Shown: positions 30,345 through 44,165 of the stretch, one piece after another
How the letters are laid out: the number at the start of each line of letters is the position of its first letter
How positions within the stretch are numbered: position 1 is the first letter of the stretch
DNA from: Eimeria praecox
Lineage: Eukaryota
NCBI GenBank assembly: GCA_963920595.1
Contig: OY986949.1
Location: forward strand, 4,588,001 to 4,652,000
Length of the DNA: 64,000 nucleotides
Direction: 5' to 3'
Position numbers and translations under genes: made by a program
The notes under the pieces: generated by a model
Told to the model about the DNA's origin: nothing
Database searches by the model: none
The model's input: only the letters and a program-made list of their open reading frames with translations

Positions 30345-30386
<42 letters not shown>

Positions 30387-30550
30387 TTCACGCATGCACA
30401 TATATATTTAATATATATATATATTTTGTATAGAACGGTTGTGGTGTACGGGTGCACGTGCTGCTGCAGCTTGTACTGCCAGCATTTCTGTGTATTAAAA
30501 CCCTCTAAACTATATCGGCTAAAACATGTTGTATTTAATGTTGTATTTGT

Positions 30551-33500
30551 TTATAGCTCATCATGACTACTATAATCATCATCAGATGTAGAAGTAGAAC
30601 CTGAATCTGAGGGTCCTCCTGTCTGTCCGTACACCTTAGATATGATAGGATTACATACACTTTCAACTTCTTTCAGTTTATCTCTTAATTCTTCTCCATC
30701 TGCTTCAGGATTAGCAACAAGCCATTCATTCGCTTCATTAATTTTATCTGTAATTGTTTTCTTATCATCATCTTCAATCTTATCTGCTAATTTATCTTTA
30801 TCTTCAACTGTTGATCTCATAGAATGTAGATATCCTTCTAAAGCATTTCTAGCATCAACTCTTTCTTTTGTTTTTCTATCTTCATCAGCAAATTTCTCTG
30901 CCTCTTGAATCATTCTCTCTATCTCATCAGGAGTAAGTCTTCCCTTATCGTTTGTAATCGTAATCTTCTCACTCTTCCCTGTTCCCTTATCTACAGCACT
31001 TACGTTCAATATACCATTACGATCAACATCAAATGTTACATCGATCTGAGGTACACCGCGAGGAGCAGGAGGAATGCCTGTGAGTTCAAACTTTCCTAAA
31101 AGATGATTGTTCTTTGTCATTGGACGTTCACCTTCATACACCTGAAAAAAATAGAAACACACAGATAATTATTAGTTATATTTAATACTACCTAATACTA
31201 TTATTAGTAGTAGTACTATATTACTATTCTAAACACTTCATAGAATACAAGAACTATCTAATATGAGGAGATTTACTCCTATATTCAACAACATTAAAAT
31301 ATATATATATATATGTATGTATGTATATATATATATATGTGTATATATAAAATCTTACCTGAATGAGGACAGCGGATTGATTGTCAGAGTATGTAGAGAA
31401 TGTTTGTGTCTTTTTTGTAGGTATAACAGTATTTTTATTAATAACCTTGGCCATAACACCTCCAGCAGTTTCAATACCAAGGGTAAGAGGTGTAACATCA
31501 AGCAACACCATATCTTGTGTTCCTTCGCCTGATAGGATACCTGCCTGAACAGCTGCACCGTAAGCAACAGCTTCATCAGGATTAATGCCTCTGTTGGGTT
31601 CTTTTCCGTTAAAGAATTCTTTAATAAGTTGTTGAATCTTAGGAATACGAGTAGAACCACCAACCAAAACAATCTCATCGATCTGTGATTTCTTAAGATC
31701 TGCATCTTCTAATACTTGTTTCACGGGTTTCAAAGTCTTCTGGAATAAATCGGCATTCAATTCTTCAAACTTTGCACGAGTGAGAGTTTCAGAGAAATCT
31801 TCACCATCAACTAATCCTTCAACTTCTACAGTGACCTGCACATACACCCCAACGATCGCACGAACACAGAAGTGAAACCATGAATGAAAGTACGTCGAAA
31901 TTAAAAATTAACACTTCAATATAAATATAAATATGAATTTAAAGGTAAAATGCAGAAAAAAAGAAAAAAATATCTATACGCCTACCTGGTGAGAGGAAGA
32001 AAGCGCTCTCTTCGCACGTTCAACTTCACGACGGAGGCGTTGGAGACCACTCTTATCTTTGCGTAGATCTTTTCCGAATTTCTTTTGAATAATTTTCAAG
32101 AAATGATCCATGACTCTTTGATCGAAATCTTCTCCTCCCAAGTGTGTATCACCTGAAGTCGAAAAATGAAAAAAAAACAAAAAACCAAAGTGAGGTGCAC
32201 ATACACCCGAAATATTGAACGTGCAAATGAACCTGATCACCTTCTCTTCTGATCTACCACAACTATTCACACTCTAAAAACTCCATTTATCTTGATATTT
32301 AAGATTATTTAATATCTCTATTTAATATTTTTACAGATATTTATTCATGAAATACACGCAAACTCACCAGAAGTAGCGTGGACTTCGAACACACCGTTGT
32401 CGATAACAAGAACAGAAACATCAAAGGTACCACCACCAAGATCGTATACAAGAATAGTTTTTTCATCCTTCTTATCAAGTCCATAAGCAATAGCTGCTGC
32501 AGTAGGTTCATTAATAATACGAATAACATTTAATCCTGCAATAGCTCCAGCATCCTTTGTAGCTTGTCTCTGAGCATCATTGAAATATGCAGGTACAGTA
32601 ACAACAGCATTCTTAACTTCTTTACCAAGATAATTTTCAGCAACTTCTTTCATTTTACCTAAAACCATAGCAGAAACTTCTTCTGGTGCTAACTCTTTTG
32701 GCTGTCCTTTGACTGTCACACGAATGTATGGCTTTCCGTCTTTATTAATAATTGAATACGGAAGCAGCTCTTTATCTCTCTGTACTTCTTTCTCATTAAA
32801 GCGACGACCAATCAAACGTTTGACATCAAAGATAGTATTTGTAGGATTATTTGCTGCATCATTCTTTGCAGCTTCTCCTATCTTTCTTTCATCATCAGCA
32901 AAAGATACATAACTTGGAGTAATACGATTACCCTGATCATTTGGTATGATATCTACACGACCCTGTCTATACACCCCAACACATGAGTAGGTAGTACCTA
33001 AATCAATACCTATCACTACATCCTTAACTGCAGAAAACAAACAGAAAAAACAAACAAACAAACAAACAAAATAGATACATGCAAAAACAAAATATAAACA
33101 ACAACCCCACAACTAAGCACCCTACTCTAATATAACTTCAGGTGTATGTACAGCTTCTATTTTCAAACTAGCCCTACCCCTCCCCTCTTCTATCACTTTA
33201 TTCCTCTCTATATAATCTCTTATTTAAATAATAAATTACACTATCAAGAAACAAAAGAGAAACAGAGACGAACACACTACCCGACACAGGCAGGCAGGCG
33301 CCTCCTCCATGCAAGACAGCAGCAGCAGCAGCAACAGGACAAGCATCTGTATATAATGGAGTATATCTAAAAAGCAATTAATTGTTAGAAAGCAGCAAAT
33401 ACAAAGTTAACATGAAGATCTGCAGCCTGAGCTTTGTCTGCATAGATGCTGCTAAGGATGCTCCCCCTAATCATCAATCTAAGAGTGATAATATGGTAGC

Positions 33501-33650
33501 TGTACGTACACCTGAAAATGCGGAGGACTAACCTTTTCCCTCAGCTTCTGCATCATCAGAAGAAAGTACATTTGTAGAAAATGTTAAGAAAGAAATAGCA
33601 AAACAACAAAGCGACAGAAATGTCGCCTTATAAATTCCTAACTTCATCAT
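30551..33650 (-). CDS. BiP: ER luminal Hsp70 chaperone BiP/GRP78, ~670 aa
   Basis: 5 exons (minus): 33650-33533, 33027-32368, 32152-31986, 31835-31359, 31141-30551 (2013 nt). Signal peptide [30 protein letters not shown]. Hsp70 motifs [37 protein letters not shown]-terminal ER-retention signal HDEL. Confidence 0.98.
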
Positions 33651-33876
33651 CGCACGATCTGTCCGTACACCGCAGAGTGAGAGGAGAACGAAGGAATATA
33701 AAAAAATTTACGGAGAAAAAAGAAAGAAAAAACAAAAATATATTAAAACTTTGTAAAATAATATCTACAAAGTTCAAAATATATACAAACAATCAAACAA
33801 CTATATCTATCTATCCCAGTAGACAACATTATATGTAGGGGTATAGCCGACGGGCGCTGCTGAGCCGCTGAGACAG

Positions 33877-33938
<62 letters not shown>

Positions 33939-34317
33939 TTAATGTTGCTCTTAAACGCTTGATTCTTTCTCTTTTTCTCTTCTTTTTTTAAATATATATA
34001 TAGTAATTTACTATTATTGTATTATATATTCATATATTTTTATATTTTGTTTCGTATAAACAACATATATTTACATACACTTCAACATGTTGCTTACATC
34101 ATAGCGTACGGGGGGGAGGCACCGCACCCATATCTTGTCTCTTCTGTCTTTCTTTCTTTATTAAAATATTATATAATTTGTTTTTATTATTATTTTTATA
34201 TTTTAAAATACTTTTATGTATTTATTTTATATGCTTTCTAATTAGTAATAAACAAATACAAGAGACTGTTAACCCCAGCAGCAACAAGGCGCTGCTGCTG
34301 CGACGTTGCACCCTACC

Positions 34318-34350
<33 letters not shown>

Positions 34351-34472
34351 AAGCTGCAAGATATGTTTGTGTTAGTTTATTTTAAATTAATGTAATCAAT
34401 TACTTTATATTCCTACATACACTTAAAACATATCACCAACTCAGAAGCAGCAGCAGCAGCAGCAACTCCTCC

Positions 34473-34503
<31 letters not shown>

Positions 34504-34700
34504 TTGGCCTTACGCTAACACACAAGCAGGAGAGGGGGGAGGGGGGGGAGGGGGAGTTGTGTTATATTTGTGTTTTCTTTGTTTTCTCCTACTTCTTACA
34601 CTTTCTCTAAATATATTAAATTATATAACTCTTCCTTTTAAACAAATACGTAGATGCTGCATATATATAAAAAAATAAGAAAATATGATAAAGACAAGAA

Positions 34701-34756
<56 letters not shown>

Positions 34757-34977
34757 TAGGGACAGATACTTTATTAAATATAAATGTTTGAAGTTTATAG
34801 CCTTTCATAATAATTAGGGTTTTCTGTCCAGTAAAGGAGTTGTATGTTCTAAAGCATATAACACTAGGGTTTAGGGTTTAGGGTTAATACCTACTTTGTA
34901 AGCTTTGAGGCTAACCTTATACAGCAACAATAGAAAAAGCGAGAGCATATATAAGTATATATCTATATCTATATATC

Positions 34978-35050
<73 letters not shown>

Positions 35051-35342
35051 CTATATCCGTATGTATATCTACGTACATCTGTGTATCTATATTTATCTAT
35101 CTATATCTATATCTGATATCTATATATATCTACATATCTTTATCTGTATCTATGTATGTATATTTATCTGTAGCTTGTCTTGTAGCTAATACAGACAAGA
35201 AGGACTTCTCCAACTACAACTATTTGCCACTTTGTTTTATTTTTTTGTGTGAAAAGAAGAAAAAAATATAAAAGTTGTATTTACTACCTTCTAAATATAT
35301 ATTTATAACTCCTCTTCAAAAACGAACCAAATCCTGGGAGTG

Positions 35343-35396
<54 letters not shown>

Positions 35397-36253
35397 ATAT
35401 TTATATTTATGTTGTATTTCTAAGTGTTGTATATACTATTTGTATCTATGATGCTCCCTCGGCTCTCGAGGGCTACAAGAAGTGCTGTTGTTTCTGCATA
35501 TATATGTTTTGTTTTGTAGAAAATATAAATAAATAAATTAAACGAAGAACACAAGTTCTTTTAATTTTAATTTAGTTATATATTCCTCATCTCATACACA
35601 TTTGGGGTGTATAGGCAGCTATCCGGTTTTCCGGTGTATGCGCAGCTATGCTGACCGCCGGATTTGCTGTTTTTTCTGTTTTTTTATTTGCAACATTTGT
35701 GCAAATTGATTAAAAAAAAATACGAAAATAAAATATCAAAAGAAAGCGGCAGATGCAAGCTAAAACCAACATAAACCCTAAACCCTAAACCCTAACTCTC
35801 TCCCTCCTCCCCCCCTGCCTGTCTTACTCAGCCTCTCCTACCCTCGTTTTCTACAAACAAATATATATATATATTTGACAATCAAATGAACAGGAGATAT
35901 ATTGGCAGACGCAGGAACACACGGCTGTACATACACCTCAAAACACCTACGGATAAACCCGACACAGCTGTCTGTACACCCTGTATTATATCCCGCTGCT
36001 GCTGCTGTTGCTGCTGCTGCCACCCTTGTGCTGCTGTGGCTGCTGCTGCTGCGTGCTGCTGCTGCTGCTGCCGTGCGCTTCTGTTGGAGCTGCAGCGGCT
36101 GCTGCTGCTGCCTTCAAGACAGAAGAATTCAGGTGTATGTACACCTGATTATTGAGGTGTATATACACCTGAGAAAGAAACGGATATGTAAGTCTTGCAA
36201 ACGTTTAGTTTTATAGAGAAAGTAACAAACATCAGGCAGATGCATGCAGCCAG

Positions 36254-36279
36254 TTAAAGAGGTCCTTGGCTGCTGCTGT

Positions 36280-36319
<40 letters not shown>

Positions 36320-36423
36320 TGCTGCTGCTGCTGCTTGCTGCTGCTGGGCCTCCTCGGCGGAAAGTGGTATGCCAAAAGCATCAGCAAGACGATACACCTC
36401 CTGCAGACAGCAGCAGCAGCAGA

Positions 36424-36455
<32 letters not shown>

Positions 36456-36620
36456 CAGCAGAAGCAGCAGCAGAGGTAATGGCTTTGCAGCAACAAGAGA
36501 GGCAAATGCTAGCAGCAGCAATAGATGCAGCAGCAAGAGCTGCAGCAGCAGCAGCACGAGACACAAGCAGCAGCAGCAGAGCCCGAAGCACGTAGCTACA
36601 GCAGCAGCAAAGAAGACAAA

Positions 36621-36651
<31 letters not shown>

Positions 36652-36732
36652 AACAATGCCAGCAGGAGGAAGAGTAGCAGCAACAACAGCAGCACCACCA
36701 GCAGCAGCATCACCAGCAACGCCACCACCCCT

Positions 36733-36763
<31 letters not shown>

Positions 36764-37143
36764 GCAACAACAGCAGCAGCAGCAACAACAGCAGCAACAG
36801 CAGCAGCAGCAACATCAGCAGCAAAACTAACATCAACAAATAGAGAAGGGAAGATATAACCCTCCTTAACGATGGACGGATCAAAGACAAGAGAGAAGAA
36901 AACTCGTCCAGCATAAGAAACCACCTCAACCTGATAAACACAAACCCTAAACCCTAAACCCTAAACCCTAAACCCTAGCTAAACCCTAGCTAAACCCTAG
37001 CTACAGCATAAGCTATGAAGACTCAAACGTAAGAGCAGGATAACCCCACAACCTCGACGTACACCACAAATCCCTGCAGCTGTTGCTGCTCCTGCTGCTG
37101 CTGCTGCTGCAGCAGCAGCAACAGATGCTGCTGCTGATGGCTG

Positions 37144-37178
<35 letters not shown>

Positions 37179-37244
37179 ACAGATACTGCTGCTGATGGCT
37201 GCAGCAGCAGCAGCAGCAGCAACAGATACTGCTGCTGATGGCTG

Positions 37245-37278
<34 letters not shown>

Positions 37279-37370
37279 TTCTGTTTGTACCTGAGGGATA
37301 AGATTTGGGTATACAACTTGAAGCTCTGTTACTTCGCTGCCACACATATACACCCGACTCTGCAGACACA

Positions 37371-37435
<65 letters not shown>

Positions 37436-37657
37436 TATACAGATATAGATATAGATATAGATATAGATATAGATATAGATATAGATATAGATATAGATAT
37501 AGATATAGATATAGATATAGATATAATAAAATAAATTAAAATTATAACTTCTACTGTATATGCAGGTAAATTAGAGAAAACAACAGAATGTGTGCTGAAG
37601 AGACAGTCTGTGTATATATACGACTCTATCTCACGATATATCTAAAATATAATAAAC

Positions 37658-37750
<93 letters not shown>

Positions 37751-38091
37751 GAGACAGAGAGACACTACTACTCTACTTCTTACTGTATATGCAGGTAGAT
37801 TAGAGAAAACAACAGAATGTGTGCTGAATAGGCAATCTGCTGCCTTCTGTGCAAGCCTTCGAGGAAGGATGTGCCCCAAGACACGCTGACATAGAAAGTA
37901 CGCTTCAGCTCTTCTTTGTTGTTTTAAATCTGTTGTTAACTATAAACAGAAAAAACAAATAAATATATATAAAATATAATTCAATTAAGATATGGAGTTA
38001 TTATATTTATATATGCTTATTTATATAATTAAATTAAGAAATGGAGTTATTATATTTATATCTGTTGTTGTTAACTATAAGCAAACACACA

Positions 38092-38132
<41 letters not shown>

Positions 38133-39535
38133 AGACAGATAACAAAGGAGACAGATAATGGAGGGGACAGATAACAAAGGAGACAGTCGAGGGGGACAGA
38201 CATAAGGAGACAGATAATAAAGGAGACAGATAACAAAGGAGACAGATAACAAAGGAGACAGATAACAAAGGAGACAGATATATAAGAGACAGGTAAAGGA
38301 GAGATAAGGGAGACAGATAAACGAGACAGGAGGATGCAGGCAGACAGAGAAAGGAGGAGACAGACAGAGCAGCGAGGAGACAGAAAGAGACAGACAAATA
38401 CAGAAAGAGACAGATAAATACAGAAAGAGACAGATAAAGACAGAGAGAGACAGATAAAGGAGACAGATAAATACAGAGAGAGACAGATAAAGGAGACAGA
38501 TAGACACAGAAAGAGACAGATAAAGACAACAAGGGACAGATATATAGAGAAAGAGACAGATAAATACAGAGGGACAGATAAATGAGACAGATAAATACAG
38601 AAAGAGACAGATAAATACAGAAAGAGACAGATAAATACAGAAAGAGACAGATAAACACAGAAAGAGACAGATAAAGACAGAAAGAGACAGATAAACACAG
38701 AAAGAGACAGATAAAGACAGCAGGAGACAGATAAATACAGAAAGAGACAGATAAATAGAGACAGATAAAGACAGCAAGAGACAGAAAGATACAGAAAGAG
38801 ACAGATAAAAGAGACAGCTCAACAAGATAAAAGGAGACACTTCCCTAATTGCTTCTCCCTGCAGCAGAAAGCCAAGAAAAAACTAAAAAAATAAATACAG
38901 TAAATTAGTATTTCAAAAATATTTGGGGTGTACATGCAGCTTCTACGGTGTATGGATGCATGCATGGACTGTCTTGTATCTTTTTCTAGTTTTACCTTCT
39001 TAACAACCTGTATTCTTTCTTTTATATCTTCTTTGTTGGCGGGGAGAGGAAGAGAAGTTAAGGTGAAGCGATTTCGTAACAGTAAGGGAGAGTTGTTTGC
39101 GAGGCCCTTTGTATGTCTGTACAGATATATATTTTATTTTATTTTATTTTATTTTATTTTATTTTATTTTATTTTATTTTATCCTATTTTATTTTATTTT
39201 ATTTTATTTTATTGTATTGTGTTTTATTTTATTCTGTTTTGTTTTATTTTATTTTATTTTATTTTATTTTATTTTATTTTATTTTATCTTAATTTTATTT
39301 TGTTTTATTTTATTTTATTTTATTTTATTTTATTTTGTTTTATTTTATTCTATTTTATTTTATTTTATTTTATTTATTTTATTTTATTTTATTTATTTTA
39401 TTTATTTATTTTATTTATTTATTTTATTTTATTTTATTTATTTTATTTATTTATTTTATTTAGCTGTTTTTTTATATAGTGGATATTTATTAGTAGATGG
39501 AGGGAGATAAGCAGATAGGTGGACAGGCAGGTATG

Positions 39536-39595
<60 letters not shown>

Positions 39596-39775
39596 CAGAT
39601 ACAGACAGATAGATACAGGTATATCTAAATCTGCGTAAATCCTGCTGCTGTTGCTGCTGCTGTTGCTGCTGCTGCAGACTAACCTGTAGAAGGCGCATGC
39701 AAGTAGAGCTTTAGGTAGACGTTTGACCTTTCCATCGCGGAATTGATAGTCTCCTTCTCTCTCACAATATCTATA

Positions 39776-39814
<39 letters not shown>

Positions 39815-39846
39815 TATTAATACACCTATTTGCTGCAGGGTTCGAA

Positions 39847-39886
<40 letters not shown>

Positions 39887-40679
39887 ACAGTAGCAGGACA
39901 AGCAGCAGCAGCAACAGCAGCACACAATAGGCAGCAGCAACAGGACAACCATCAGCAGCCGGACTAGCAGCAGCAGCAGCAGCAGGACTAGCAGCAGCAG
40001 CAGCAGGACTAGCAGCAGCAGCAGGACTAGCAGCAGCAGCAGGCCTAGCAGCAGCAGCAGCAGCAGCAGCAGGAGGAGGAGGTTCGAGGGCTACCTTCTC
40101 AGAGCCCCTGTGAATGCGGCAACAAATACATCATTGAGTGTCACTCCTGCAGCAGATTTTATCTTCTTTAACAAATCCAAATTCAACGGAGCAGCAGAAG
40201 CAATCTAAAGACAGCAGCAGCAGCAGCAGCAACAGCAGCAACAGCAGCAGCAACAGCAGCAGCAGCAACAGCAGCAGCAACAGTAATTAAATAATTAAAT
40301 ATATAAATAAATATATATACATATATATGTATAATTATATATAGAAAACAACAGATACAGACAAAAGACAGAAAACACAGCCCCCATACATCATATCTAA
40401 ACCCTAAACCCTAAACCCTAAACCCTAAACCCTAAACCCTAAACCCTAGATTGTAGGAATAATATGATAAGGAGACAGTAAATAATCTACCTGCGACTTC
40501 GGACTCCAACGGAGACAGTCTCTTTGGTGTGCTGTACCGCTGAAGGGTGTGCATGCATCTCTGCTGCTGCTGCTAGTTGCAGCAGCAGCAGCAATTGCAT
40601 CTACGCAGCTACGAAACAAGACAAAGCCCTCGCGGCAGAACTCAAACACCCGATAAGGAGCACGTAGCAGACGTTTCAT

Positions 40680-40717
<38 letters not shown>

Positions 40718-40949
40718 GAAGAAGAAACAGCAGAAGCAGCAGAAGCAGCAGAAGCAGCAGCAGCAAAGCACACAAACAAACACAAATAAGGAGAGACAGA
40801 GACAGTAGATGAGGATGTGTGTCTCTCTGTATCTAGCAGCAGCAGTAGCTTTCGTCTCTATCGATTCAGGTGTACATACACCCTACTGCAGCACATGTCT
40901 GCCTATTAGGGATCTCCTGCTTCTGGTGCTGCTGCTGCTGCTGCTGCTG

Positions 40950-40987
<38 letters not shown>

Positions 40988-41159
40988 AGCAGTGTCTCCT
41001 ACCCATCGCAGCAAGAAAGCTGTGGGAGTAGGAATGAGACAGAGATGTTCTGCTGCTGCTGCTGCAGCAGGTTTAAGGATAGGAGGATCTGAGAGCCGAT
41101 TCAGTACAACACCATTATCGTCTGTAAGCAGACGCAGGCCTAACTGCAGCAGCAGCAGC

Positions 41160-41193
<34 letters not shown>

Positions 41194-41280
41194 GTAGCAA
41201 GACAACTAACTATTAAACCCACAACACATAACAGCTGTGGCAGCAGCAAACATCTCCGTACAGAAACACCAAATACAGCC

Positions 41281-41325
<45 letters not shown>

Positions 41326-41731
41326 GGATCAACACTTGGAGCAACAACAACACCATCAACAGCAGCATCCACAGCAGCATCAACAACAACAGCAGCAGCA
41401 CCAGCATCAACAACAACAAAAAACGCAGCAGCAGCACCAGCATCAACAACAGCAGCAGCAGCACCACCACCACCAGCAGCACCAGCATCAACAACAGCAG
41501 CACCAGCATCAACAACAGCACCAGCATCATCAACATCAACAACAGCAGCAGCAGCAGCACCAGCATCAACAACAGCACCAGCATCAACAACAACAACAGC
41601 AGCACCAGCATCAACAACAGCACCAGCATCAACAACAACAACAGCAGCACCAGCATCAACAACAGCACCAGCATCAACAACAACAACAGCAGCAGCAGCA
41701 GCAACAGCAGCAGCACCAGCATCAACAACAA

Positions 41732-41763
<32 letters not shown>

Positions 41764-41961
41764 TCAGTGTATGATTACTTCTATGAGGGATAGTCCGTCT
41801 CCTATACAGTGTTCTGCTCTCAATACGATGCAATGTCTCTGTACGTTTTCGAATCCTCTTCTCTCTCTAACTCTTCTTCTCTCTTCTTCGTTTGTATATT
41901 CTCTACTATACCAATCTCTTATACTACATCTCCCCCCCTCCTCCCCCTCCTCCTCCTTCTC

Positions 41962-42001
<40 letters not shown>

Positions 42002-42288
42002 TGCTTGTTATGTATAAGAACAACCTGCCACCGAGGGCCTCGAGGAGGGAGAGGTTGCGTCATCAACCACTCAATACATAAATGCAGTTCCTCATCGTCT
42101 TCTACTCTTAATTGTAATACCTGAGACGCCGGCTGTACGTACACCCCACGCCATCGAGGATACAAACGCCCTAGGACGGGAATGCTGCTGAAAATATAAT
42201 AAAAACAAAAACAAACAAAGACAGAGAGGTATTATGATGACGAAATATACATTATATACATACATATATATATATATGTATATATATG

Positions 42289-42351
<63 letters not shown>

Positions 42352-42878
42352 CTGAAGATAGCATAAAAAAAACAAAGACAGATACGTATTATGCTCATTC
42401 ATTAACGAATTAAACATATAATATTATATATATATAATATAAAATATAACATAAAATATAAAATATAATATATAAAATATAAACAATAAACTACAAACCC
42501 CAAACTACAAACAATGCATCTTAGAAAATATTAAAAACCCTAAACCCTAAACCCTAAACCCTAAACCCTAAACCCTAAACCCTAGATGTGGTGGTTGCTA
42601 TACAATCAAACTCAAATACAACAGACAACAAACACAGGACAAGCAGCTGCAGCAACAGCAGCAACAGCAGCAGCAGCAGCGACTACAGCAGCAGCAGCAT
42701 AAAGAGCAGCAACTGCAGCAGCCCCACAGCCAGCAGCAGCAGCACCAGCAGCAGCACCACCATCATCACCACCATCAATAGCAGCAAATGCAACAACAGC
42801 AGCAACAAAAAACAGCAGCAGCAGCAGCAACATAAAGAGCAGCAACAGCAGCAGCAACAGCAGCAGCAGCAACAAAAA

Positions 42879-42910
<32 letters not shown>

Positions 42911-43115
42911 GTAAACTAGCCTGAGTCTCTGAAAGGTAGAGAGACCTTCTCGAATAAGTTTGAAGACAGCATCTATCTCCGGTAATTTTGGGGTGTACAG
43001 ACAGGCAGAGACAACATGATGTTGCACTGCTGCAGCAGGAGAGAAACAACCAGCAGCAAGATTATAAGAAGCGAAGCTCATCCTCCTAGGAAGACGCCTC
43101 TGAGGTGTATATTCA

Positions 43116-43152
<37 letters not shown>

Positions 43153-43324
43153 GTGGTGGTGGTGGTGGTGGTGCTGTTGCTGTTGCTGTTGTTGGTGGTG
43201 CTGGTGTTGTTGTTGCTGTTGCTGCTTCTGCTGTTGTTGCTGCTGTTAGTGTTGTATCTGCTGCAGTTGATGATGCTTCTGTTGCTCGTCTTGGGGTTGG
43301 TAGTGATGCTGCTGTTGCTGCTGT

Positions 43325-43365
<41 letters not shown>

Positions 43366-43481
43366 AGAAGAGACTATCTTGTTCTGCTTCAGAGTCTGCT
43401 TCATCCGCTGAATCTGCTGTACCCAATTCCCAGCTGTCTCCTCTCTCTAAACTAGCTGCACTGTCTGCTGTTGAGGCGCTC

Positions 43482-43517
<36 letters not shown>

Positions 43518-43594
43518 TTGTTGTTGTTGTTGCTGCTGCTGCTGCTGCTGCGGTAACGCAGACAACGAAAGCCGTCCGCTGAAGCAGCTGTTCT

Positions 43595-43627
<33 letters not shown>

Positions 43628-43662
43628 ATCGCTTGCAGCATCTCCCCCCTGCAAACAAGAAC

Positions 43663-43703
<41 letters not shown>

Positions 43704-43900
43704 TTTCTATGTTTAGATTGCAACAGAGAAGCAGCACAAGGATAGGAGCGAAAGACACGAGACCAAAACCAAAAACCATAAACAACAACACCAACAGCAA
43801 ACAGCAGCAGCAGCAGCAGCGATTGCTGCAATGATGCTGCTACAGCCGTGAAGGTGCCAAGGGCACCTGCACCTATCACTGCCCCTCGACGCCTCCCCAT
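36254..43900 (-). CDS. Wax ester synthase / acyl-CoA:diacylglycerol acyltransferase (WS/DGAT family O-acyltransferase), ~835 aa, with an N-terminal membrane segment
   Basis: 11 phase-consistent exons (minus): 43900-42921, 42187-41779, 41143-41003, 40679-40491, 40204-40095, 39770-39684, 39116-38996, 37939-37784, 37359-37291, 36930-36832, 36400-36254 (2508 nt; intron 1 needs a GC donor). WS/DGAT-ordered motifs: [35 protein letters not shown] (HHxxxDG site), [59 protein letters not shown]. Start codon is less certain. Confidence 0.85.
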
Positions 43901-44127
43901 CCTAGGGTTTAGGGTTTAGGGTTTAGGGTTTAGGGTTTAGGGTTTGTTGTGTGTATGCTGGTTGCTGCTGTGTGTAGTACAGAGAATGCTCTGTACGGAT
44001 ATACAAACGCGAAGGAGACAGAGAAGAAAAACAAAGAAGAAACTGGAGTTGATTTCAGGTGTATGTACACCTCAGAGAGTTGAAGTGTACGTACAGCTCG
44101 CTGCAAGCAACAAGCTACAGCTAAAGA

Positions 44128-44165
<38 letters not shown>

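Noticed and set aside
33281..33346. Hydrophobic mini-[20 protein letters not shown] in BiP intron 1 as an alternative signal peptide exon
   Set aside because: CTG-repeat derived, and its apparent donor is phase 0 whereas the next exon needs phase 1; exon 33650-33533 fits correctly.
41237..42124. 295-aa Gln/His-rich ORF on the + strand
   Set aside because: Antisense to WS/DGAT intron 2 and exon 2; made of CAG/CAC/CAT repeats.
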